Source: Octopus bimaculoides (lineage: Eukaryota). From it: a stretch of DNA of 64,000 bases. Position 1 is the stretch's first letter. Each line of letters begins with the position of its first letter. The notes beneath the pieces are model-generated. The model was not told where the DNA came from and did not search any database. It saw only the letters and a program-made list of their open reading frames with translations. This document shows positions 24,541 to 37,243 of this stretch, piece by piece. Position numbers and translations under genes: made by a program. Location: assembly GCF_001194135.2 (NCBI RefSeq), contig NC_068981.1:192414608-192478607 (forward strand), given 5' to 3'.

Positions 24541-26239
24541 GTAAGGATGGACATTGTAAGAAATGTTATGACGGTTGCTGTAACGGTATGTTTGTGGAGG
24601 AAGTTGTTATGACAGTAAGTTGTCATGTCAGCACATGTTACAAGCGGCTTTGTTTATCGAATGTCTTTATTAATGAAATTGTTGTCAAATATAAGACAAT
24701 TCTATATGATATTGTCACCTTTCTCTATAAAAACCAATTTACATTTTAAATTTTATATACTTAAAGTTGATTTATTTATCCGAATATAATTATTATTATC
24801 TATATTTTGATCAAAAGTTTTGACCTTCCTCTCTAATAACTGCAAATCGTTTCTATTTCACCCAAATGTTTTAAAAATTAAAAGAAATTAAAATGAATTA
24901 AAGTGTGTGTAATTAGACACATTTTAAGTTATCATCGTCGTGTCTATTTACTCCTTATTTTTAGTAATTAATGATCGAAGTTCAATATTTTTATTTGAAA
25001 TTTGAATTTTAGCCTGTTTATTTCAGTTATAAAAAACACCTAAAAGTTGCAAATTGCAACAGTTTCTCTTCATTTAATATTTTATCATTGAATTAATATT
25101 AATCATAACACACACACACACGGACACTCTAGTATATGCCTGACATTTTTACCCGAATTTATTAAATCGTTCATAGTAATTTTGTAGATAACGGCGATAG
25201 TAACGAATGATTAGCTTTTGACAATTTTTTTAATGTCAACAAATATCATCAATTAATCTAAAATTTATTGAAACAGTTAAAAGCCTAAATTTTGTAATAA
25301 ACTTCTTTAATGGTTTCTAGTTCCTAAAAATTGCTAAGGTGAACCAGGTCATCTGATATAAGGTATCTTCACAGCACCGTTATTTTCATCCCATTTATTT
25401 TCAGAATGTGCTTCCGTTTCTGTCCCTAAGACCCATCATGTCGTTTATTTCAACCCGCTTGTTTCGTCATCCTTGAAATATCTCTCTATCTTTATAGTAA
25501 ATGTTGAAGGTTCAGCTATGTATAACACGTGCTCAATCTGATTGATTGAATTAGTTAATACGATTCTAGTACAATAATTTCCCAGTTTTCATATCCGTTC
25601 ATCACTGAACTTGTATACATCTTCCACTCTCTCAAAAATTGTATATTAACAAGCCTATTCTTCACACCTGGCTAACTAAATCTGATATCGATTTATTTCT
25701 TGGATGGCAGTGCCCATGAAATCTGTGTGGTATAATGTGATCCTGAACTGCCTACTAGATGTCAGAATCTTCCTTCAGCCACGGTAATGTAGTCTGCAGG
25801 AATATGGTTGCATACTAATTTGATATCAGGGAGTGCCTGAGACACAAGTAGTTAGGTTATTATATAGATCCACACCCGGTGGAAAAAATAACCAGTAGTT
25901 AATTAATCAGGATTATTTAACAGTTCTGTATTGGATTTTCTATTATGAGCACCCTCTCCTCTGAACATTTCTCTATTCAAAGCATTCCTATAACTGGTGA
26001 TTTTTTTTGTGATGTGTAAATTGTTGATATAGTAAAATTTCTAGCTAAGATTCTTTCTGTTTCCTTGCTTTTAGTCTTTACTTAGTGAGTTTTTTGAAAA
26101 TACAATAGCTGCCATCGTTGCTACTGTGGTGCTGTTTATAAGATCTTAGTGAACACAACCGTTTCATTTCATTTTTAACAGTGCTCCATTTATTTCAGTT
26201 ACCCTTGGCAGTGATATTAAGTTACTTACCATTCCTATT

Positions 26240-26589
26240 CCTTTATACCCCATGTCGACCACTCCTTTAAGTAGCGCTAGTGCAGATAAAGTCAACACAT
26301 TAATTATTCATCTTCTTTCCATCTGCTCAGACACACAATCATTATGTTCACACAGCTGCCAACAAGTGTAAAACTCCTATCCTTTCAACCCAACAATTCA
26401 AATGTCTATGAGAATATTTCTTCCATTACTTTTAAACTGTACCCCAGAGCAAACTCTTCAGTCATTCTTTACAAGGGTCTACTGTAATCTAAGAAAATGT
26501 GCAACAGTGTCCTATTCCTAAGAAGAATAACCTCTCTGACCTTCCAATAATGGCCCTCATTTCCTGCATGTCAAAAGTAATGGAAGCTG

Positions 26590-26595
<6 letters not shown>
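26240..26595 (+). mobile_element. CR1/Jockey-like LINE RT fragment in CEP76 intron 1
   Basis: Broken translation ATV.PIPKKNNLSDL...LISCMSKVMEAV resembles the RT-entry motif PIPKK.D.S...YRPI.L.S..SKVME. Confidence 0.5.
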
Positions 26596-26631
<36 letters not shown>

Positions 26632-27881
26632 GCTTCCATTTTGTACACACACACACGTATATACACATACATACAGATAGTAGGTGAGAGCTAGATATGC
26701 TCAGTATAGAAAACATGCAATAGTGCTGAAATGAAAAGTTCGAATTCTTTATCCAGAACTAGGTCCATGGCATCAAGAGTGGCTATAAGAAAAATCCAAG
26801 ACACACACATACATACACAAATATGAGTGGTTGGCATTAGGAAGGGCATCCAGCTGTAGAAACCTTGCCTGATCAGATTGGAGCCTGGTGTGGCCTCCTG
26901 GCTTGCCAGTCCCCAGTCAAACCATCCAACCCATGCCAGCATGGAAAACGGACGTTAAATGATGATGAAAGCATAAAAAGTACAGAATACTGAGAAGGGA
27001 ATACATAATTTCTTAACTTGACAGCTGTTTCAGGAAGTTTGGGTTTACGTAATAGTCATAATGTTGAAAATTTGCAGATGGAATATGCAAAAAGTCTTAG
27101 GTATGCAACCAGTAAATAGCCAAACAGAGATATTGCAATAAGTCCAGTTCCCTTTATCCTATATATATAAACAAAATAACAAATTTCACCTTCTTTTATC
27201 CTGTTAAATATTCCTACATATGTTTCTGATTACTGGTATATAGTTCTGTTGAATGCTTTGCTAAATCATTATTCTCAAAATAATGGAGATCTACTTTGCT
27301 AAATCTTTTCCCTTCCTCCCAGAATTGTACTCTTACATCAACTCCATTGATCTTACCAGTCTCTTGAATATGAAATCCTTGTTAAATCATCAAGCTTATC
27401 ATTGTTTTAATGTCCACTTTTCATGCTTGCATGGGTTGGACAAAGTTCATTGAGGCAGATTTTCTACAGCTGGATGCCCTTCCTGTTGCCAAGTGTTGCC
27501 TGTTTCCTAGTAAGGAAATATTTTCCTCTGGCCAGACATGTCTTTTTGCAGATTATTGGAAATGAATGACACTGCTTGTATGACAGTGATACTCATTTAC
27601 AATTATCAAATTGTTGAAAAGATAGAGAGAGAGAGAGAGAGAGACACACATAAACAGACAGGGGTCTTTTTTTCAGTTTTCATCTACTATAGCCTCAAGC
27701 TCTCGTAGAAGATACTTGTAAGGTGTTACACAGTGGAACTGAATTTGAAACCTTATGATTAGAAAGCAAATTTCCTGCACTCAATAAATATTTGATTGCG
27801 GATTCCACAAATTTTTATTTTATACTGAAAATGAATTCACTCAATGCTGGTGAGCTTCTGATTTTCATTGTTGTTTTTCAG

Positions 27882-28083
27882 CCATCTGTTCAGAACAAGC
27901 TGAGATCCATCATCCCCAACTTAAAGTGCTCTGAAGGTAACAATGGTAAAATGTTAAATCCTGCTGATGTTATGAAACAGCTTAAAGAGAATGGAACTAT
28001 TGACAGTTTGTTAAAAGATGTTAAAAATGGTGAAGGAGATGCACTTGCACTAAATCAATTAAATCCCTGTGTGCTTACAGACA
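27882..28083 (+). CDS. CEP76: CEP76 exon 2 (PSVQNKLRSII...LKENGTIDSLLKDV...LTD)
   Basis: TTTTTCAG| acceptor, |GTGAGT donor, phase 0 to 1; matches the CEP76 N-terminal helical region. Confidence 0.85.
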
Positions 28084-29759
28084 GTGAGTATTAACTTATA
28101 ATTCATGATTTTAATATAATTATCTTTACCATCTTTATTTCCCTTTCAGCTATTCTCATCCATCCTTGCATATTATGGGGTCGCCATGTATCTCTATAGC
28201 AAAACACCTATACTTTTACTTCTAACCTACTTTAGCCTTCTGTACCTGGCATAAAACCACCTCTTAGTCAAGAGGACCTTTTTTTTTATTTACTTTGTCT
28301 TGCAAGTTACTTAGTAGTCTCATTTGTGCCAGTTTCACAAAAAAAAAAACAAAAAGAAAGAAAAAGAAACACCCAGTACATACTATAAAGTGGTTGGCAT
28401 TAGGAAGGACTTTTAACCATAGAAACCATGCCATAGCTGATGTTGGGAACTGATACAGCCTTGCAGCTTGTTGGATCCTGTCAAAATGTTCACCCCATGC
28501 TATCATGGAAAATGGACATTAAATGATAATGATGATGACTTTAATGAAAACTAACATCAGAGAGAGAGAGAGAGAGAGGGGGGGAGAGACAGATTTTGAA
28601 AGATATTCACTGTTCTCTTTATATCAAAGAGGGTAAATTTCATTTAGGCATGTATGTGGCAAAGAAAATTACATTCATGTCACTGAGAAGGCTGAAACAC
28701 ATCTGACATTCTCTTGAGCCATTGCTGGAATGATGTTTGCCTCAATCCAATAAATATTCTGTTTTTAGCACAATATGTCTATCAAGAGAAAAACCACATT
28801 TTGCCTTTCAATTGTGTATATGCATTAAGTATGATATATCAATGGCTATTTCAATCATTAACTTTCTTTAAATCTTTATCGCAACAGTTAGTCTGAGTGT
28901 TACTGAAATCATCCTATTACACAATACTCAACATCAAACCAAGAAAGAAACCTTAACATGGTGGCTCAACCTGAAAGAAACAACAATCAAACCTTCCTTA
29001 ACCCTTTAGCATTTAAACCAACCATATCTGGCCCAAAATGTTCTACCTGGCCAGATTTGGCCTCTCACACCTACCCGACTATGTCATTTAAAACAATTAT
29101 ATCATCAAAATCTCAAAGCTACAAGATGATGCATGATTAATTTGAAACAATGTGAATAAATAAAGATTACATTTGATAGAGTAATCTGAATGTTACAGGG
29201 TTGAACCACATTTTGCTGTGTTAAAAATAAGATATATTAAATGAATAGTCTAACATATGCAATCCCAAGGAAAAGAAAAAGCAGGATGGTCACAGCTGGA
29301 ATGTCTTTTGTTAAAAGGCTGATTCAGAAACTCAACAGAAGCAATACTCATAAATCTACCCCACCCCTCTCACTAGACATTCAACTAAAATTAACTTTCC
29401 TTCAATTGTTTTCTCAGACATATAAATCAAAAAAATATGGTTGTCAACAGCCATTAAGATAAGCTGCTAACATAAGATTTGAAACAGCTGGAAGCATGTG
29501 AGCTTTCTGCTTTCTGACAGGTTAAAACTACCAACAAACATTAGCCAACACTTGTCCATCTCTGAAATAACTAAACATTACCCTTACAATCTTCTGTCTT
29601 TTAGTTTTATATTACAAACGTTATTTGAGAAACTATGTTGTTAGCTTTCCACCAAACTGTGTTGCTGGCTATTGGCAGGTAGAAACTGTGCAGAAACCAG
29701 TTGTATATATATTCTTTTATTCCTTTACTTGTTTCAGCCATGCGGCTGTTTATACCAGC

Positions 29760-30660
29760 ATGAGATGAAAACTGGTGTATTTTGTAACTTACAAAAGACA
29801 AAGACAGGTGGTGTAGAAAACAAACGGATGTATTAGTATAATGCTCAGGAAGTGAAAAAGTCTTTAACGTTTCGAGCCTATGCTCTTTGACAGAAAGAAA
29901 CAAGGAGAGAAAAAAAATGTGTAGTGGCTAGCGATCTATCATGGCGAAAGTCGGACAGAAGGGTCACATAGGAGAGCTAAGAAGGGGAGATAATAAAGTG
30001 GTAGTGATCCCAAGACGAAGGTGCGTGTGTGTGTAAGAGAGTTCGTATGTGCGTGTGAAAGAGGGCTGGTGATCTTGACGTGTACGTATGTGTAGGTGTG
30101 AAAATGTGGGGATGGGAATTGGTCAGTGCTGGTGTGTGCATGGTCGTGTGATGTGAAGTGTTGTGTGGTATGGTGTAGTGTGGTGTGGTGTGATGGTGTT
30201 GGGAGGTGGGGAAAGCACGTGTGGGGTGTGGGTTAGGTTGAGGGTGGAGGTAGAGGTGGGGTATGTGGGTAGGCAGAGGGTGTAAGGGATAGGATGGGAA
30301 GGATAAGGAAGATGGGATAGGAATGTGTAGGAGTGGGGTGGGCTTATAAGGGAGGGTTGATGATGAAGGGGAAGGGGAAGGTGGGTATGAGAGAAGAGAG
30401 GAGAAAGATAGTAGGGGTGCTAAGAAGTAGGAGTCGGAGCAAGAGAGAAGTGGATGGGAGGAAGTACGAGGGAGGAGGAGGTTAGATGAAGAGGGGAAGA
30501 GAGTTGAGCCCATGTGGCGCAAAGGAGCGATTTTTCCCTTGTTAACAATTAACATGGAAAGAATAGATAAATAGTTACCAGGGAAGTAAAAAGTTGTAAC
30601 TCCTTGTTTTTTATTACGTGAAATATTTTGTATAAAATACATAAATATAGTTAAGAATAT
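29760..30660 (-). mobile_element. Possible second Penelope-like 3' end in opposite orientation
   Basis: Minus strand carries a degenerate hammerhead-like CTGTCAAA-GAGC-ATAG-GCTC-GAAACGTTA (29860-29900) after a pyrimidine-rich tract; no clear ORF. Confidence 0.35.
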
Positions 30661-30669
30661 TTCATTTAG

Positions 30670-32020
30670 ATTGTCCAAGTTATCTGCTAATGTCGACATT
30701 TTCAGTGATAAGGCTGAATTTTATAACTCTGCCTTACTTAAAGCAGGCTATACAGAGAAAGTTACCTACCTTAATTCCATTCAATCTCATTCTACCTTTA
30801 CTAATGGAGATATGAAATCTAGTTGTAAGGATATAAATGATATCAATTTTAATTTATACGCCAACACCAAACAGAGGAAGGGAGATAACTCTTATTCCCC
30901 ATTTTTGTTCTAAAGGTAAATCTATGTCTTTCAAAGATAGTTACACTAAAAATAAGGTAACTAATAGTAAAACAATTTGGTTAATTATTCCTTATGGGAG
31001 GCAAATTAAATCTAATCTGCCTTTGCAGTTTCGTGATGCTATTATTAGGAATTTTCCAAAGAATTCTAGGTATTATTCTATTATCAACTCACACACGATT
31101 AGGATTGGTTTTTCTAACACAAAAAATCTCTTACAAATTATCTCTTCACATAATATTAAACTATTAAATATTGATACATTTACTAATACTAACATTAATG
31201 TAGCTAATACCCCCCCNNNNNNNNNNTAGAAACATTAGTAACAAGGTTATTGTATCTGAAGTCAATTACAACAGAATCAAGTTTATGTCAAGTAACTCTA
31301 AAATTAAAAATTCTATATACCAGTGTAAAATTACTTCTGGTAATGAAGTATTTTTTTTTATATTGGAGGCACATCTCAGTTATCTAGAAGAATTTCTAAT
31401 CATTACTCTACATTTAGGGATATGAATAAATGTAACAGTACAGGACTTATTAAATTAATTTGGTATCTAAAAGACCACAATAAACAATTTAATTTAGATT
31501 GGTTGATTCTCTTAATCTCCATACCTTACGACAAAGGCAAGGAATTCTGTCTTCTCTGTAACTCTGAAGTATTTATTATTCTTTTTTCTAAAAATTCCCT
31601 TGTAAATACAGTTACAGAGCATTATATATAATTTAAACATTAAATTTCTTCTTACATTTCACATTCACTAAATATATCTTTTTCCAAGTCTATATGGTTT
31701 TATTTAATATACATATAGTTATATACTTCTCATTTATTTGGTTTCTTCTTTCTTTTACCCCTCCTCTTTCTACAGGCTACCTTTAACGTTATATCATCTA
31801 ACGTTTTTTTTAAACAAACTTAATAGCGTTCAGTTAATCACTATACATATCCATCATTTTCTGTTAAAATGTCTTATTGATGAGTTTCATTTCTTCATTT
31901 CCCTGAAGAGAAGATTTCATTGTTTTACACCATTTTATTCCTTTGGAATAATACCAGTGATATCTTCGAAACATGTCAGAAGTAAAAGAATTTGAATAAC
32001 ACCTGCGTTTAACTCCATTT
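30670..32020 (+). mobile_element. Penelope-like retroelement remnant (RT C-terminus, GIY-YIG endonuclease, terminal repeat) in CEP76 intron 2
   Basis: SKLSAN..IF..KAEFYNSALLKAGY; TIWLIIPYG..IKSNL...FPKNSRYYSIINSHTIRIGFS.TKNLLQIISSHN; YIGGTS...NHYSTFR..NKCNSTGLIKLIWYLKD...W....PYDKG...CLLCNSE: Penelope-type motifs. Confidence 0.8.
31895..31985 (+). ncRNA. Minimal type-I hammerhead ribozyme fold (Penelope-associated)
   Basis: CTGAAGA 31903-31909; stem II GAAGAT 31910-15 / ATCTTC 31962-67; GAAA 31968-71; palindromic stem III A-CATG-T; GTC cleavage triplet ending 31977; stem I TTCC vs AGAA with one mismatch at the first pair. Confidence 0.7.
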
Positions 32021-32617
32021 ATTTATATATATATAAATTGGCTTGCTAGAGGCAGAAGTGGACTCCATATATTATTTCTAGGTATTGAACACTATTTTAT
32101 GGCACACATTCAATTGTTTTGTTATGTCCTTGTTGCTCACTCCAATAGTTTTCAAAGCAACAATCTGGTCATGTTTTGCTTACGATACCATGTTTGCTTA
32201 CAAGCATGTTTTAAACGAATGAAACAAAAAACATGCAAATCTTTATGCAAAGTGTAGATAATATTACCTGAACCGATATACTTTAGGAAAAGTTTTAAAC
32301 ATGGGTAAATCTGTTCACCAACTATTTGTATTGGGGCTTTTGGCATGAATGCCAAGCAGTACAGCATGTCGTTTCCAAATTTCTGGCAGAGTGAATTGCG
32401 TCACGGTGCTGTTTTTCTCACAGACAGTGCCCAACTGACCCTACTATACTGTATTGTCGACAAAATCAAAAACCAACAATGTGCATGCGTGAAATTGGAA
32501 CCTGGTGTAGCCTTGCAGCTTACCAGTTTCAGTCAAACTGTCCAACCCATGCCAGCATGGAAGGCAGATACTAAATGATGATGTTATTAATAACTTGATT
32601 ATATATTTGTTTTTTAG

Positions 32618-32836
32618 CTCGAGTCGATATGACAACTCAGCAACTTATTCTCAAAATCCAAGGTGGTCGTGCTTTCCTTGACCATCTCAGACAGCCTCCT
32701 GGTCAGCCAGCCCAGTCGTATTTTCAACTTCACATTTTATTTGAAAACCAAAGATTCAACACGCAACGTGTACCATGTACTTGTGATCCTGCCATAACTG
32801 GAGAGTTCCATCTCAAGTTCAGTAAATCTACACAAG
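32618..32836 (+). CDS. CEP76: CEP76 exon 3 (C2 domain; LILKIQGGRAFLDHL...NQRFNTQRVPCTCDP)
   Basis: Matches LYLQVLGGKAFLEHL...NQRFRSKPVPCACEP; TTTTTAG| and |GTTAGT; phase 1 to 1. Confidence 0.95.
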
Positions 32837-32868
32837 GTTAGTAGTGACAGTTATGCACTTTTATATAA

Positions 32869-33450
32869 TAATAATAATAATAATAAATGCCCTGGTGCAG
32901 TACCAGGCTGTGGCTCTCATGGCTTCTAATCTTAACTGATTGGAAGTGTTATCATGTACATTGTTTTGTCTTGGTATAAAAAAAGATGGGCTGCAGCAAA
33001 TATTCTGCTCAATACCACAGATTTGCGTGTCGGTTGTTTGACCATAACCAGTTGAGCATGTTCCTTGGTGGCTGACGATATGTGCATCTCTGATCACGAG
33101 GAGAAGTAGTGGGAGAGCATCACAGCCATGTGCTGAGAGGAATTCTTTGGGGTTTGCATAATTCACTTTTGGGTGTTTCATTCAACATCTTTGTTTCATT
33201 CAACATCTTTAAACAACCCTTATTCAAAGACCTTTTGAATGGGAAGGGCTACTCGACCTGAAGAAAATTCTAACTGGGCTCCACCTGCAAGGTCATGCGC
33301 TATTTATCTTGATATAAGATCACAATGTCATGCACATATGGTTGTGATGCATATGTCATTCACATATGGTTGGGATGCATATTTTGCCCCAGTGTCACTT
33401 TGGCATGCACTGCTCTCTCACTCAACAATAATAATAATAATAATAATAAT
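32869..33450 (-). mobile_element. Dispersed repeat (family D) with (ATT)n tail; second copy at 63654-64000
   Basis: About 330 bp alignable by eye between 32869-33210 and 63654-64000, both starting from an (AAT)n tract on the + strand. Confidence 0.75.
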
Positions 33451-34062
33451 ATAATAGTAATCAATTATCCCCCCTCTCCTAAAATTTTAGAGCTTGTGCC
33501 TGAAATTTTTTGGAAGGAGATTAGGTGATTACATCATCCCCAGCACTTGATTGGTACTTCATTTATTGACCTCCAAAAGGATGAAAGGCAAAGTTGACCT
33601 TGGCAGAAATTGAACTCAGAATGCAAATTTCGAAGAAATGCTGCTAAGCATTTTGTTTGGTATAGTAATGACTGCTAACTCGTCAGGTAGTTTGAAGGAA
33701 CAGGCAAAAGGTGTTGTTGGAAGTTCTATGCTACATGGCACTGAGCAGTGATGGTCATTGCTTTGTAGAATCCAAAGGTACCTGCAAGATTTGTGCCCTC
33801 CTTTATGTGGCAAGTAATCTTATTTAGGTGTAACATTGCTTCTCCAATATTGGAGGCAGAAAAATAATAATTATAGTTATAATAATATAAAAATGATTTC
33901 TAATTTTGGTACAAGGTCAACTATTTTTGAGGGGATGGGGAAGTAGATTGCATTGACCTCAGTACAAATATCCAGTTTGATTGTTTCTTTAATAAGGTGT
34001 TTCTTAATTATTAAAGCATATTTACTCTTTTTCTAATGACTGATATTTATTTTTTTTTTCAG

Positions 34063-34230
34063 CTCTTACAAGTGTTGCTGATTTATTAACAATATCAGAT
34101 AAAATCAATATTGTTTTAATACGAACTAATAACATGGGTGAGAACTTCTTGGTTGCTTCCCATATGTATGACTGGCGGCCTGTTCTGTCTAAGGGAGAAA
34201 TGACTGCCTCCATTGATTTAATAGGAACAG
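34063..34230 (+). CDS. CEP76: CEP76 exon 4 (LLTISDKINIVLIRT...VASHMYDWRPVL...IDLIGTG)
   Basis: Matches MLSISDPIHMVLIKT...VASYFLEWRSVL; poly-T CAG| and CAG|GTAATC; phase 1 to 1. Confidence 0.93.
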
Positions 34231-34322
34231 GTAATCTAAATTTCTGGAATTAATTTACATTTTGTGTTTACCAAACCTGAATGAATTAAATGCTTGTGAT
34301 AGTGATTGAATGAATGAATATT

Positions 34323-34555
34323 TATTTCTTTATTGCCCACATAGGGCTAAACATAGAGTGGACAAACAAGGACATACAAAGGGATTAAGTCGATTACATC
34401 GACCCCAGTGCATAACTGGTACTTATTTAATTGACCCCGAAAGGATGAAAGGCAAAGTTAACCTCGGTGGAATTTGAACTCAGTACATAACAGCAGATGA
34501 AATACAGCTAAGCATTTCGCCCAGCGTGCTAACGATTCTACCAGCTCACTGCCCT
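34323..34555 (-). mobile_element. Young tRNA-derived SINE (family B, Deu/Nin-like core) with 17-bp TSD
   Basis: Core GCCTTTCATCCTTTCGGGGTC.AT.AAATAAGTACCAG on the minus strand; TTGAATGAATGAATATT at 34306-34322 and 34556-34572. Confidence 0.85.
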
Positions 34556-36128
34556 TTGAATGAATGAATATTACCATCATCATGGGTGTGGGTCAGGTTG
34601 GTGATGGTGCCACAGACACAACCTCCACTCCTTGATGCATAAGTCTTGTCTGAAAGTCAAGACTGGTAAGTCCTGTACATTCCATCAAGGTCTTTGATGT
34701 GACAGTAACAAAGGGATTAAAGACACTACTTGCTTCTCTTAACATTAATCACTGAACTGTAAAAAGCACCTGTGCTAGCACTGCATAAAAAGCACCCAGT
34801 ACACTCTGTAAAGTGGGTTATATTAGGAAGAGCATCCTGCCATAGAAACCATATCAAATCAGACAACTGGAATTTGGTGCAGCCCTCCAGCTTGCCAGGT
34901 CAAACCATCCAACCCATGCCAGTGTAAAAAAAAAAAAAATTATATAAGTAAACTGTTTGGATATTTTACATCTTTGGAATAAGTTCCTGATGAATAATCT
35001 ATGGTTGTGTCATCTCTATCATCATCATCATCATTTAACATCTGTTTTCCATAATGCCATGGTATAGACGGTTTGACTGGAGCTGGTAAGCCAGAGAGTT
35101 GCACCAAGCTCCGGTGGTTATTGATAAATAATCAATGGCTGTGTAGTTATTGAGGAATATTCAATGTCTGTTATGAAGTTTGCTTTGTAAGTACATGATT
35201 TGGTGTCTGATCTCACCACTTGCTCTTAATGTAACTGTCCTATTGCATAGCCGTTTGTCGACAGTTTTGTAGTTGGTAATACTGGAATTCTGTCTATGTG
35301 GACTGTTGTCAATCCTGAATAGTAGACTCAATCCATCATCTGGTTTAATCCATTCAAAACAGTCCCTGATTCTGACACAAACTTCTTATTTTAAAATGAT
35401 CTAAATTAAATCCTTTACTAGTTGAGAAGTCATGTCTCTCTATGATCAAGGGAGTCGGGTTATCTACCAAGGGGCCTCACAGTGACAGTCTAAGGCCACT
35501 AGAGATATGTCATATAAAAACATCTCTGTAATTATAAATTTATACAAGAAACTATTTAGAAAACCTATTTATATGTGATATATTATTTATTTATTATGGA
35601 GGCAGTGACAAGCGACCGAGTCCTTTGGCAATATACTGTGCTTGAGAAGATTTGTCAAGCCAAGTGAGGTCGTTAGTCATGCCTACCAGTGTTTCGGAAC
35701 TGCCACCCATGCCAGTGGCACGTAAAAAGCATCCACTAGATTCTTGGAGTGGTTGGCATTAGGAAGGGCATCCAACTGTAGAAACTTTGCCAAATCAGAT
35801 TGAAATCTGGTGCAGCTCCTTAGCTTACAAGTTTTCAGTCAAACCGTCCAACCATCCAACCCAAGCTAGCAGAGAAAACAGACATTAAATGATGATGCTG
35901 GTGATGATATATGTTATCATCATCATCATCGTTTAACGTCCGCTTTCCATGCTAGCATGGGTTGGACGATTTGACTGAGGACTGGTGAAACCGGATGGCA
36001 ACACCAGGCTAGACATGGTTCTCAGATCCTGTTGACGCATTCAGTTCATGGGAAGCAGACATAAAATGATGATGATGATTTTAAAATTAGTAAAATAAAA
36101 TAAATTGTTTTCTTTTATTCCTTTTTAG

Positions 36129-36346
36129 GTGGAGTTCCTGTGGGTTTGTTGGAAATACAATTACAGTTGTTTCCGAATTTATCTATGAATCCATCAAAGG
36201 AAGCTGTTACCAAACAAACAGAGTCTGAAACGGAAAGTCAGCGCATGAAAGAGAAGAAGTTTATAGCTTATGCCAACAGTTGGTGGAGTGAATATCTACA
36301 AATAAATGACACTTTCAAAGATAGAATTGTGAAAATATTTGCTCAG
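36129..36346 (+). CDS. CEP76: CEP76 exon 5 (VPVGLLEIQLQLFP...YANSWWSEYLQI...IVKIFAQ)
   Basis: Matches YAKQWWREYLQI...LVKIFAQ; TTTTTAG| and CAG|GTTTGA; phase 1 to 0. Confidence 0.95.
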
Positions 36347-37051
36347 GTTTGAGTTGTTCTATCTATCTTTAAAATTATTGTCAAACTGAAATTGTATTAA
36401 GTTTACATGGGTTGGCATTAAACTAGGACTACTGCTAACCACAACATCACCATCATAGAGGTGGTGGTGGTGTCTTTCTGTCTTTATGTTTGTCATTCTA
36501 TTTTCATGGTTTGATAGGGCTTTACACTCATTTGCAAAGATTGTTTGTGTGAAGAAACAAGAATTATTAAAACTGTAAAACCATTTTGGCAACTTCCCTA
36601 GTGCTGCTGCTACTAAAAAGTGCCTAGTACATGCTGTAAAGTAGTTGGCATTAGGAAGGGTATTCAGCCATAAAAACCATGCTAAAGCAAGCCTTGGAGT
36701 ACAATGGATCTTGTCAAACAGTCCAACCCATGCCAACATGGAATATAGATGTTAAATGATGATGATATTCAGTTTGTTTGGGGTACCTAACTTTCTAAAA
36801 TGAGTTACCCTCACAATGGTCGAGAAGTCATCTCTCTCATTTCAAAATAAATTAAATTTCAGATTTGTATTGGAAACATGACAAAATAGACAGTAGAGCA
36901 CAATGCAGTCCTTCGAGCCGTACCCTCATGAAAATCAGTTACCTATATCTGCCAAAATTACAGAAATATTTTTATAAAATGAAATGGAATAATTTTGTTA
37001 GCTAATATCTCTTGTAAAAGATATTTTTATGTTTTCATTCTCATGTTTCAG

Positions 37052-37243
37052 GATGAAAACTCCAAAAACCGTTTTGTTTGTTCGTTTGTAAAACGTCTCA
37101 AAGCCAACCGATTGTTGAGTTCTGCACGAGAGGCAGCACGGTTTGTCAGTCTAATCCCTGTTGGAAAATCAGAGACAATAGGACATGCAATGACATCAGA
37201 AAGATGGACTTCAATGCATTCTTTTCTGTGTTGTAATAAAGGA
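37052..37243 (+). CDS. CEP76: CEP76 exon 6 (DENSKNRFVCSFVKRLKANRLL...AARFVSLI...FLCCNKG)
   Basis: Matches DENGINRPVCSYVKPLRAGRLL...AARFV; TTTCAG| and GGA|GTGAGT; phase 0 to 0. Confidence 0.95.

Noticed and set aside
29977-30699. 240-aa minus-strand ORF
   Set aside because: Low-complexity P/H/S/T translation of a polypyrimidine tract; no domain.
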